Shown one piece after another: positions 25,115 to 36,495 of a DNA stretch of 44,207 nt. Each line of letters opens with the position of its first letter. Positions within the stretch are counted from its first letter, which is position 1. The stretch covers positions 1 through 44,207 of the forward strand of contig JAUCBJ010005380.1 in NCBI GenBank assembly GCA_032718475.1. Reading direction: 5' to 3'. The translations under genes were made by a program, and so were the position numbers. The DNA comes from Nemertoderma westbladi. Taxonomy: Eukaryota > Animalia > Xenacoelomorpha. Below the pieces are notes generated by a model. The model ran no database searches, was not told the origin of the DNA, and was given only the letters and a program-made list of their open reading frames with translations.

Positions 25115-25672
25115 ACGCTACGCGTACAAACTACTCAAACAAAATACAGACCGAACACTGACAGACTACTATCAAGCCTAAACAAACTACGGTATATGCA
25201 GACTCCGAAATGATTAGGGAGTATGCGCTCTAACCCAGTAGTGCGACTTATTCTTTAGTTGGGGGTTTACCTTACAGCATTCGCTGCCCCTACTGCCTAA
25301 CCGTACTTAATCGGACAGATGATCTACACACGCGGCAATCCGTTCAGACCTAATAACAGCCAGACAACTATCCAGCCTACAAATTATCTAAATAAAATTA
25401 TACGCTACCCGTACAGACTTACACAAACAAAGTACAGACTAAACGATGGCAGACTACTCTCAAGCCTAAATAAACTACAGGACATGCAGACTCCGAAATG
25501 ATTAGGGAGTATGCGCTCTAACCCAGTAGTGCGACTTATTCTTTAGTTGGGGGTTTACCTTACAGCGTTCGCTGCCCCTACTTCCTAATCGTACTTAATC
25601 GGACAGGTGATCTACACACACTGCAATCCGTTCGGACTTAACAGCAATCAGACAACAGCTCAGCCTACAAAT
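25115..25672. repeat. 288-bp direct duplication in the BEL-2 5' UTR
   Basis: GACTCCGAAATG at 25201 and 25489. Identical ~83-bp core with diverged flanks. Confidence 0.92.
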
Positions 25673-25933
25673 CGTCTGTACAATCTGATCAGGTTTACAC
25701 GCCTTCTGTTCAATACTGGCCTACAAATAAATAAAACTTGACAGAAATAAGTAAAAATCTCAATAAAAAACCAGGGCTGCAGTCCCTGATTAATTATTAA
25801 GGCCTACTGGTATATAATAATCAAAATCGAATAATACTGCTGTAGGTACCGGTCCGGATGATCAGGCAGTCAGGCCTACTGGTTACCGGTCGACCGGTAC
25901 TTTCGACTTTATTGCTTACTGCAATAAAGAAGC

Positions 25934-25945
25934 TATATCCGTTAT
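25934..25945 (-). promoter_or_regulatory. Candidate self-complementary primer binding site of BEL-2
   Basis: The 12 nt right after the 5' LTR read ATAACGGATATA on the sense strand (no TGG). They are the exact reverse complement of the sense-strand LTR sequence at 26723-26734. Confidence 0.6.
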
Positions 25946-27175
25946 TGTTCGCGCTTTCAGACCTTTGGCAGTTTAACCCGCCAAATTAGGATGTCTTCTA
26001 GATAATAAATCACCTTTAGCCTATGACAAGTATTTAATTCACTACACTAGTCGAAACCAATCTGTGCGCGATCATTCACCCGTTGGATATACCCGGGAGA
26101 TTGGGTTCGACGGCTTAATTTTATTGCTATGTAAGCCTAATGTATTATTCGACTGACAGTATTATATAATCTCTGACAATATTATTCACTTTCGGGAATT
26201 ATTAACAGTTCCTTTAGGACGTGGCGCTCTATCTATATAAACAGAGTTATGACTTAAACTACTCACAACGATATGGCTTAGTTACAATTCACATATATGG
26301 CGCATTCTTTAGGAAATGCTTCGTTATCAGTCTCACTCATACACAATGCTGCACAATACTGCACACTGATCTGCCGATCTTCACTGATTTTAGTCACATA
26401 TAAAAGGAACACAGACCGAATCATGTAGGGTCTATCAAATAACATTAGATTCACTTCAAACCACTCAACATAGGTCGCAATCATTTATCTGTAACCTTTC
26501 TCTCTTACCTTCGGTATATCAAGAATATTGGGTTTTCGGGGTTATTTGTCGTTATTCCAAATATAATAATTCATCAACCATATTATGAAGAACTGACAGT
26601 AAATAGCAGTATAACAATATAAAAGTATGCACAGTGTTACACAGTATGCAGTGTATGCAGTACTGCAGTATGCAGTATGCAGTATGCAGACATCAGTCAT
26701 CAGACATCAGTTACGTTTGCAGATAACGGATATATGTCCTTATAATTAAGCCTACTAGTGTAGGACTAAAAACTGAAAACACGGAGGTGCCAAAAGCCGG
26801 TTCTTAGGCTCTGGGCAAAACATAACACTGAACTACTGAGTTTCTGTATACACCTCCAACACAGAGACAACAAACGCTCTGATTGGTCAACCTGAACAAC
26901 GAGAGAACAAAGAAACAAAGAAACGTCGACGTGGCAATATCAGCTGCTAGCCGTCGTCATGGTAGCGACACTGTTTTCAAGAGTATCGAGCTTTTACGTC
27001 ACGGAATTACGGATTATGTCCTCTAAAGTACAAATACAGAAGAAATAGCTTTTATGTCCGCTAAAACACCAGTACAGCAAGGACACGGCCTTTTTATGCC
27101 TGGTAAACCAACTACAGAGTATTTTACGGGAAAAATAAGGAAAAATAACCGGACAATTCAGCAAAAGCTTTTACA
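25946..27175 (-). repeat. BEL-2 5' LTR
   Basis: Matches 15158-16380. The minus strand has CCAAT (~26882) and AATAAA (~26121) candidates. Confidence 0.96.
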
Positions 27176-27908
27176 ATGTTCTATAAGCAAACAATACACA
27201 AGGCAACACCCGATCCCAATCGTTATTGTGTCTGTCAGCTATTTTGGCTAACATGTCTAACAACGTTCTGTTAAAACGTTCTATCATTCCATCCGTTTGA
27301 GGGTGAAATGCACTAGTATTAATTTTCCAAATCCCGCACAAAACGCACACAGATAAAAATAAATCAGACAAAAAGTTAGTACCTCTGTCTGATAACAGCT
27401 CCCGAGGTACTCCATGCCTGCCAATAAAATCTATGAAACAATTTGCTACTGTCTCCGCTTTTTCATCTGGTACCACATATGCCTCAATCCATTTTGTTAA
27501 ATAGTCTCCAAATAAAATACACTTTTTATTACCCAGTTCCGTTAATGGTAAAGTTAAAACATCAACAGCTACTCGCTCAAATGGGCCCCCAACCGGTAAA
27601 GGTTGAAGCAAAGGCTTCTGCCCACGCCCAGGATTCCTCGTAGCACATTGCAAGCAACTGTGACACCAATGAAAAATATCAACCCGCATACGTGGCCACC
27701 AATATTGTAATCTTAGCACACTCCAATCTCTATGATCAGAGAGATGGCCAGCAAATTTACCCCCATGAATTTCATTCAATAACTTAAATCTCCACTCCTT
27801 TGGGACAGCTAAACGCGGCTGCCGAAAATCAACATTATCTTCTACTTTATATAAAACACCGTCAATTAGAGTGGTATTATCAGAATTAGTTTTTACAAAA
27901 TCTCTCAT
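27176..27908 (-). pseudogene. pol: Gypsy integrase N-terminal part (HHCC and DDE core)
   Basis: HGGKFAGH...CLQC, VAVDVL, SDRGTNF, HPQTDGMIERFN. Cut at LFAYRT by the BEL-2 insertion. Confidence 0.93.
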
Positions 27909-27959
27909 CTTTTTGTCACTGGGTACTATTTTAGATACATGAAAATCAATAAGTGCACG

Positions 27960-29310
27960 TTAATCAGAATCAGTATACTGTAACTCTTTCAATAATTCCG
28001 TCTCCTGCCGTAACTTTTCAAAAGACTCACATATATTTGAGCTAGCACAAATACCGTTTTGGTTGCTAGTAGCAACCGGAATTCTCGAAAGAGCATCAGC
28101 ATTACCATTTGCTTTGCCCGGCCGATGAAAAACATGATCAGGATTAATATACTCATTGATATTAAATACCCACCGCGCTAATGGACCGGTTAATTCAGTA
28201 CGCCCACGCAACAACCCCTTAATAGAAGCGTGGTCTGTATAAACAACATTACTACTTATTCGACCATATAAGTATGTACGAAAATGATTACAGGCCCAGT
28301 TCAAACCCCATAATTCTAGATGAGGCGCACTGTACCTACGTTGTGCGTTATCAATATGTTTAGACGCATATGCAATGGGATGTAACATCCCATCACGATC
28401 ACAAATTTGTGATAAAATTGCACCAAAACCTATTTCACTCGCATCTGTTTCCAAAATAAAAGGTTTATCAAAATCTGGATATTCTAGAACTGGTGTGGAT
28501 ACCAACCGGTTCTTTAGTTCCCAATATGCCAAGCGAGTGGAATTGGTCCAGACAAATACAGTATTTTTCCGTAACAGTTCGTATAAAGGTTTAGCAATAC
28601 TTCCATAGCCCTCAATAAAACGTCTATAATAGTTTGTTAACCCTAGAAAACCTCTAAGTGTTTTAAGGTTATGGGGCTCCGGATAATTCAGAACTTTATC
28701 AGTTTTTTTAGGGTCCGGGCTAATACCATTTCTAGAAATGATATGACCCAAGTAATTAGTTTGAGACTTAAAAAAGGTACATTTCCTTACTTTGGGTTTT
28801 ACCTTTTTGGTTAATAACTGTTCTAGAATAAGTTTTACGTGGTTTAAATGGCTAATAAAGTCATCCGAGTTAATTAATATGTCGTCAATAAATACGTTAT
28901 ATGGATTTTTCCCTACCACACTAATACCCCGCAACATTTTCTCCATAGCGCGTTGAAAAGATGCCGGAGCATTACATAACCCGAAGGCTAACACAATAAA
29001 TTCATAAAACCCTGACGAACAAGTGAAAGCTGTTTTGGGAATATCATCATAGGATAACGGAATTTGCCAATATCCCATGGCTAAATCTAGGGAGGTAAAG
29101 TACTTTGAAGAACGCAAACGGTCCAATATAGGATAATTATCTTTGACCGTGTAACTATTCAACTTCCGGTAGTCTACGCAAAACCGAACAGACCCATCGG
29201 GTTTCGCTGCTAGTACAATTGGGGAAGACCACGGACTCTGAGATGGCTGAATCACCCCCAAATCTAACATTTTCTTTATTTCCTTGGCCACAATTGCCTT
29301 TAATTCGTGG
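27960..29310 (-). pseudogene. pol: Gypsy RT-RNase H
   Basis: SPWSSPIVL, RFCVDYRKLN, LDLAMGYWQI, FGLCNAPASFQR, FIDD, ETDAS, TDH, ADALSR. An apparent short deletion at YP|ILDRL and a frame break before IN. Confidence 0.93.
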
Positions 29311-29422
29311 TGTAAGCCCCCGTTTGCCGTACCCACCGCTATCATGAAGTAATCAAATAATCTCTCAATCTAATATAATATATAATCTTCTTCCATGGCC
29401 TACTCTGTATCATATCCTTACA
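29311..29422 (-). repeat. Gypsy 5' LTR (112 bp)
   Basis: Identical to 14340-14451 and joined directly to RT-coding sequence. Confidence 0.95.
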
Positions 29423-32400
29423 ATTGTGTAGCTGCAGCTGATAACAACCATGGCATGGCTATATAATATCTCTATTGTGTAGCTGCAGCTGATAACAACC
29501 ATGGTATGGCTATATAATATCTCTATTGTGTAGCTGCAGCTGATAATAACCATGGTATGGCTATATAATATTCATATGTAGCTGCAGCTGATAACAACCA
29601 TGGTATGGCTATATAATATTCATATGTAGCTACAGCTGATAAGAACCATGGTATGGTTATATAATATCTCTATTGTGTAGCTGCAGCTGATAACAACCAT
29701 GGTATGGCTATATAATATCTCTATTGTGTAGCTGCAGCTGATAACAACCATGGTATGGCTATATAATATCTCTATTGTGTAGCTGCAGATGATAACAACC
29801 ATGGTATGGCTATATAATATCTCTATTGTGTAGCTACAGCTGATAACAACCATGGTATGGCTATATAATATCTCTATTGTGTAGCTGCTGCTGATAACAA
29901 CCATGGTATGGCTATATAATATCTCTATTGTGTAGCTGCAGCTGATAACAACCATGGTATGGTTATATAATATCTCTATTGTGTAGCTGCTGTAGCTGCA
30001 GCTGATAACAACCATGGTATGGCTATATAATATATCTATTGTGTAGCTGCAGCTGATAACAACCATGGTATGGCTATATAATATCTCTATTGTGTAGCTG
30101 CAGCTGATAACAACCATGGTATGGCTATATAATATCTCTATTGTGTAGCTGCAGATGATAACAACCATGGTATGGCTATATAATATCTCTATTGTGTAGC
30201 TACAGCTGATAACAACCATGGTATGGCTATATAATATCTCTATTGTGTAGCTGCAGCTGATAACAACCATGGTATGGCTATATAATATCTCTATTGTGTA
30301 GCTGCAGCTGATAACAACCATGGTATGGTTATATAATATCTCTATTGTGTAGCTGCTGTAGCTGCAGCTGATAACAACCATGGTATGGCTATATAATATC
30401 TCTATTGTGTAGCTGCTGCTGATAACAACCATGGTATGGCTATATAATATCTCTATTGTGTAGCTGCAGCTGATCACAACCATGGTATGGTTATATAATA
30501 TCTCTATTGTGTAGCTGCTGCTGATAACAACCATGGTATGGCTATATAATATCTCTATTTGTAGCTACTGTAGCTGCAGCTGATAACAACCATGGCATGG
30601 CTATATAATATCTCTATTGTGTAGCTACAGCTGATAACAACCATGGTATGGCTATATAATATCTCTATTGTGTAGCTGCAGCTGATAACAACCATGGTAT
30701 GGCTATATAATATCTCTATTGTGTAGCTGCTGCTGATAACAACCATGGTATGGCTATATAATATCTCTATTGTGTAGCTGCTGCTGATAACAACCATGGT
30801 ATGGCTATATAATATCTCTATTGTGTAGCTGCAGCTGATAACAACCACGGTATGGCTATATAATATCTCTATTGTGTAGCTGCTGCTGATAACAACCATG
30901 GTATGGCTATATAATATCTCTATTTGTAGCTACAGCTGATAACAACCATGGTATGGCTATATAATATCTCTATTGTGTAGCTGCAGCTGATAACAACCAT
31001 GGTATGGCTATATAATATCTCTATTGTGTAGCTGCAGCTGATATATCTCTATTGTGTAGCTGCAGCTGATAACAACCATGGTATGGCTATATAATATCTC
31101 TATTGTGTAGCTGCTGCTGATAACAACCATGGTATGGCTATATAATATCTCTATTGTGTAGCTGCAGCTGATAACAACCATGGTATGGCTATATAATATC
31201 TCTATTGTGTAGCTGCAGCTGATAACAACCATGGTATGGCTATATAATATCTCTATTGTGTAGCTGCTGCTGATAACAACCACGGTATGGCTATATAATA
31301 TCTCTATTATGTAGCTACAGCTGATAACAACCATGGTATGGCTATATAATATCTCTATTGTGTAGCTGCAGCTGATAACAACCATGGTATGGCTATATAA
31401 TATCTCTATTGTGTAGCTGCTGCTGATAACAACAACGGTATGGCTATATAATATCTCTATTATGTAGCTTCAGCTGATAACAACCATGGTATGGCTATAT
31501 AATATCTCTATTGTGTAGCTGCAGCTGATAACAACCACGGTATGGCTATATAATATCTCTATTGTGTAGCTGCTGCTGATAACAACCATGGTATGGCTAT
31601 ATAATATCTCTATTGTGTAGCTGCAGCTGATAGCAACCATGGTATGGCTATATAATATCTCTATTGTGTAGCTGCAGCTGATAACAACCATGGTATGGCT
31701 ATATAATATCTCTATTGTGTAGCTGCAGCTGATAACAACCACGGTATGGCTATATAATATCTCATATGTAGCTGCAGCTGATAACAACCATGGTATGGCT
31801 ATATAATATCTCTATTGTGTAGCTGCAGCTGATAACAACCATGGTATGGCTATATAATATCTCTATTGTGTAGCTACAGCTGATAACAACCATGGTATGG
31901 CTATATAATATCTCTATTGTGTAGCTGCAGGTGATAACAACCATGGTATGGCTATATAATATCTCTATTGTGTAGCTACAGCTGATAACAACCATGGTAT
32001 GGCTATATAATATCTCTATTGTGTAGCTACAGCTGATAACAACCATGGTATGGCTATATAATATCTCTATTGTGTAGCTGCAGCTGATAACAACCATGGT
32101 ATGGCTATATAATATCTCTATTGTGTAGCTGCAGCTGATAACAACCATGGTATGGCTATATAATATCTCTATTGTGTAGCTGCAGCTGATAACAACCATG
32201 GTATGGCTATATAATATCTCTATTGTGTAGCTACAGCTGATAACAACCATGGTATGGCTATATAATATCTCTATTGTGTAGCTGCAGCTGATAACAACCA
32301 TGGTATGGCTATATAATATCTCTATTGTGTAGCTACAGCTGATAACAACCATGGCATGGCTATATAATATCTCTATTGTGTAGCTGCAGCTGATAACAAC

Positions 32401-33163
32401 CATGGTATGGCTATATAATATCTCTATTGTGTAGCTGCAGATGATAACAACCATGGTATGGCTATATAATATCTCTATTGTGTAGCTGCAGCTGATAACA
32501 ACCACGGTATGGCTATATAATATCTCTATTGTGTAGCTGCAGATGATAACAACCACGGTATGGCTATATAATATCTCTATTGTGTAGCTGCAGATGATAA
32601 CAACCATGGTATGGCTATATAATATCTCTATTGTGTAGCTGCAGCTGATAACAACCATGGTATGGCTATATAATATCTCTATTGTGTAGCTACAGCTGAT
32701 AACAACCATGGTATGGCTATATAATATCTCTATTGTGTAGCTGCAGCTGATAACAACCATGGTATGGCTATATAATATCTCTATTGTGTAGCTGCAGATG
32801 ATAACAACCACGGTATGGCTATATAATATCTCTATTGTGTAGCTGCAGATGATAACAACCATGGTATGGCTATATAATATCTCTATTGTGTAGCTGCAGC
32901 TGATAACAACCATGGTATGGCTATATAATATCTCTATTGTGTAGCTACAGCTGATAACAACCATGGTATGGCTATATAATATCTCTATTGTGTAGCTGCA
33001 GCTGATAACAACCATGGTATGGCTATATAATATCTCTATTGTGTAGCTGCAGATGATAACAACCACGGTATGGCTATATAATATCTCTATTGTGTAGCTG
33101 CAGCTGATAACAACCATGGTATGGCTATATAATATCTCTATTGTGTAGCTGCAGCTGATAACA
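29423..33163. repeat. 51-bp minisatellite, right part (~73 copies)
   Basis: Same unit, resuming in register after the Gypsy LTR. Confidence 0.98.
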
Positions 33164-33179
33164 GAACCGGAACAATAAG

Positions 33180-33862
33180 CGGAACCAGTACAACCCTCGT
33201 GTAACTGCTCCGGAACCAGTTCACACTTTAACCCTCGTGTAACTGCTCCGGAACCAGTTCACACTTTAACCCTCGTGTAACTGCTCCGGAACCAGTTCAC
33301 ACTTTAACCCTCGTGTAACTGCTCCGGAACCAGTACAACCCTCGTGTAACTGCTCCGGAACCAGTTCACACTTTAACCCTCGTGTAACTGCTCCGGAACC
33401 AGTTCACACTTTAACCCTCGTGTAACTGCTCCGGAACCAGTTCACACTTTAACCCTCCGTGTAACTGCTCCGGAACCAGTACAACCCTCGTGTAACTGCT
33501 CCGGAACCAGTACAACCCTCGTGTAACTGCTCCGGAACCAGTTCACACTTTAACCCTCGTGTAACTGCTCCGGAACCAGTACAACCCTCGTGTAACTGCT
33601 CCGGAACCAGTTCACACTTTAACCCTCGTGTAACTGCTCCGGAACCAGTACAACCCTCGTGTAACTGCTCCGGAACCAGTTCACACTTTAACCCTCGTGT
33701 AACTGCTCCGGAACCAGTACAACCCTCGTGTAACTGCTCCGGAACCAGTACACACTTTAACCCTCGTGTAACTGCTCCGGAACCAGTTCACACTTTAACC
33801 CTCGTGTAACTGCTCCGGAACCAGTTCACACTTTAACCCTCGTGTAACTGCTCCGGAACCAG
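33180..33862. repeat. Minisatellite with mixed 38-bp and 31-bp units
   Basis: GGAACCAGTTCACACTTTAACCCTCGTGTAACTGCTCC interspersed with GGAACCAGTACAACCCTCGTGTAACTGCTCC. Confidence 0.97.
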
Positions 33863-34317
33863 ATCATAGGAAGTGACAATACGAGGCCCTACAATCGATT
33901 TCATCTCCAATCATCACTGCCCCTTATTCCAGATCTCAATCAATCTCCCAGGTTCCTTCCAGAGTTTATACATTATTATGGAATGCTGAATGCCTAACTT
34001 CCCTGTTAGGGATATTACAGGCTGACACGCTTTCTTCTTGTGACTTCTTACTATTAAATGAAACCCTAGTTGCACAATCTGTTGATATTTCCGGATTTCT
34101 ATATCTTCTGCTCTCCTGCTGTAAAAACTCCTGGGCCAGGTAGGCCAATGGGTGGTATTACTGTGGCAGTTAAACCTTATTAAACACCCGCATGATAGCA
34201 ACATACAATTATGTGTGTGTCAGTACAAGTATTACCATTTTAATGTTTTGATACTTTCCGCTGACACTTCGAACAGAAGATCTTATAGACGAAGTCCGGA
34301 CTGTGTTAGTCATCATT

Positions 34318-36295
34318 ATCCGATTAGTGGTTAAGTATTATGTTGTTATTAGAGTATAAGAATTCGTATCAAGTGATGTTTCTTATATATTATATATACA
34401 GATTTTACTGATAATTTTAACTTGCAGGAACTCACAGCCAATAGGCATGCGCTGCGCAGTATTGCTTGACTTCTATGGTGTTACCTAATTAATACCCATG
34501 ATCTGCAGTATATATAATATATTGTGCCAATCAAATCTATCAATTACTTTGCAATAATGTGCTAGACATTTATTTTACGTATTATGTTTTTATGTATGTA
34601 TAGTAGGGCGAGCCACGTAGTCGGCGAGCCTTGGCATACGATTCATATAGGGCAAATGGGGCATGTCCGGCTGTCTGTCTGTCTGGTAAATCTTTGAACG
34701 CGAATTTCTCGGCATCGCTGATTCGAAATTGAACCAAACTTAGTACGTAAGTAGTAGAGGGAAAGTTTAGAAAATTTGTAAAGTTTGGTGAAAAATCATG
34801 CAGTCTGACGTCAGCTACGACAGATTATGTGGATTTTAGAAAATGTAAAATTGCTCGGGAACGCCTCATTTTCCAGACCTGAAATTTTGGTTGCTTGTAG
34901 AGAATCATAAAGTCTATCTTCTACGAAATTGAAAAGTTAAGACATTTAATTGGGGATCGGCTTGAGACTCCAAAGTAATGACATAGGCCTACCGGTACGG
35001 TACTGCTGTACTGTACAAGTACGAAATTGCAGAATAATAATTTGACACCACCTAGCGGATTAATATATAATTGTACATCGATCGAATACATTTTATAGCA
35101 TGGGGTATATGGTCCGAGCCACTAAGTTGGCGGAGCCTTTGCGAACTGACGCTATCTCTTAGGGGGGTAGGTCAATTATGGCAAATAGTTCATTCAATAA
35201 TGGTACTGTATGTCATCATCGTCGCTACGATTTTGACTTACTTATAACTTTGTCGGATTTAAAGCTTTCGAGTCTAAAATTAGTAGGCATCAATAAGACC
35301 ATAAGTTTTGTTTTTTAGAGACTTCCAGACACCATCAAATCCTCAGTCTCTCGCTAGAGGGCTACATTTCTAGATATTAAATATCCTCACATTTTCTTTG
35401 CTTTAAACCCGTTCTAGCTGAAACTTTGCATATTTGTACGAGACCATTAACTGTGTCATTCAAAGGAGGCTCTCCTGTCTGCAGTTCTCTAGTCTGCCGC
35501 TAGAAGGCAAAATATCTCAAAGTGCAATCACTGATTTAGCTGAAACATCAGATATGTGCTAGAACACGTCCGGTGCGTTTGCCGGGCTAGGAATCAGTCC
35601 GACCAGTTCCACCTCACCACTATTCCAGCAAGGTGTAATTCTATACAGTAGGACATGCAATAGTGTTAGGCCCTAGAGTAATAAGACGCAATAGTGTTAG
35701 GCCCTAGAGTAATAAGACAGCTTGCTTATTGTTTATCTCGCAAAATGATTGGCTGAGTATTTAATGGAGATTCTTTAGAATAAATATAGCTAAATAATTT
35801 TGTTGAGACATCGAGATGGTAAATTGATATTTCAGTATCAATACTAAAACGTAATAAGGTAAGTTATAATATTTCTTATAAATTGGGTCGCCTCCACGCC
35901 TAAAATATATTACTTTTAAAACACCATTTTTCTGTTAATACCTGCCTGTGAACAATCCTCTGTGTGCCTTTGGGTTTGGGTGCAGATTAAGGGGGGGGAG
36001 GGAGTTGAAAGCGAGCAACTTTCCCCTCTTATGATTTGTTTGCGGTTTGGTTAATTTCTTAAATACAGATTTTGTGTTAGAAATGCTCAATTTTAATTTG
36101 TATCTCATAACTGAGCCTCGTGCTGCGCGAAGGCCCCACGAACGTGCATAATATTGTCAAACCTTTTATTAAGTATTATGGCCGCCGTTATTTTATAATA
36201 CTTTACAATGCGCCGTTGATATAATATATTGCCATTTTAATATTGTTAATATAGCCGCTGGGGGCGCTAGCCCAGATGTTCAATTCAATTCAAAT
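34318..36295 (+). mobile_element. Retroposed non-coding 3' fragment (non-LTR type) inserted in the APE domain
   Basis: 8-bp duplication TCATCATT at 34310-34317 and 36296-36303. (TTCAA)3 tail. Removing it restores the frame VLVII|PQNNTLPFIIGGDF. Confidence 0.55.
34603..35915 (+). mobile_element. Putative HINE/DINE-1-like (Helentron-associated) non-autonomous element
   Basis: 5' GA-mismatch hairpin AGGGCGAGCC..GGCGAGCCTT, (CTGT)n at ~34670, several diverged CTGAAACTT-like core repeats, and a partial inverted copy GGGTCGCCT at ~35885. Boundaries are approximate. Confidence 0.4.
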
Positions 36296-36495
36296 TCATC
36301 ATTCCACAGAACAATACACTTCCTTTTATAATTGGAGGTGATTTCTACGCGAGGGTAGATGGTACCGAAAGCCGAGCCTCTCTTAATTGAAGGATGTCTA
36401 AATAATGCTTATGAGATTCTCACTGAAGAAATCCGGGCAGCTGCAGTTTCTAAGAAGCCTTATAACCGCCAATCCAAACCTTGGTTTGACAATGA

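Larger units (their letters stand above)
15158..27175 (-). mobile_element. Non-autonomous BEL/Pao LTR retrotransposon (BEL-2), 12 kb
   Basis: LTRs of 1223 and 1230 bp with TG...CA ends. 5-bp TSD ATGTT at 15153-15157 and 27176-27180. BEL-type gag and protease. Short PPT-like GGGAGCGG (minus strand, 16381-16388). Confidence 0.95.
14340..29422 (-). mobile_element. Ty3/Gypsy LTR retrotransposon, internally deleted, interrupted by BEL-2
   Basis: Identical 112-bp LTRs (TGTAAG...CTTACA). 4-bp TSD ATTG at 14336-14339 and 29423-29426. RT-RH-IN order with GPY/F module. PPT next to the left LTR. Confidence 0.96.

Noticed and set aside
29620-33117. Long ORFs of (MVVISCSYTIEILYSHT)n
   Set aside because: They arise from a 51-bp unit that is stop-free in one frame. 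Variants break the frame freely and there are no unique termini.
33220-33862. TTAACCCT in the 38-mer as a piggyBac end or telomeric seed
   Set aside because: There is one short motif per unit, no opposing TIR and no tandem TAACCC.
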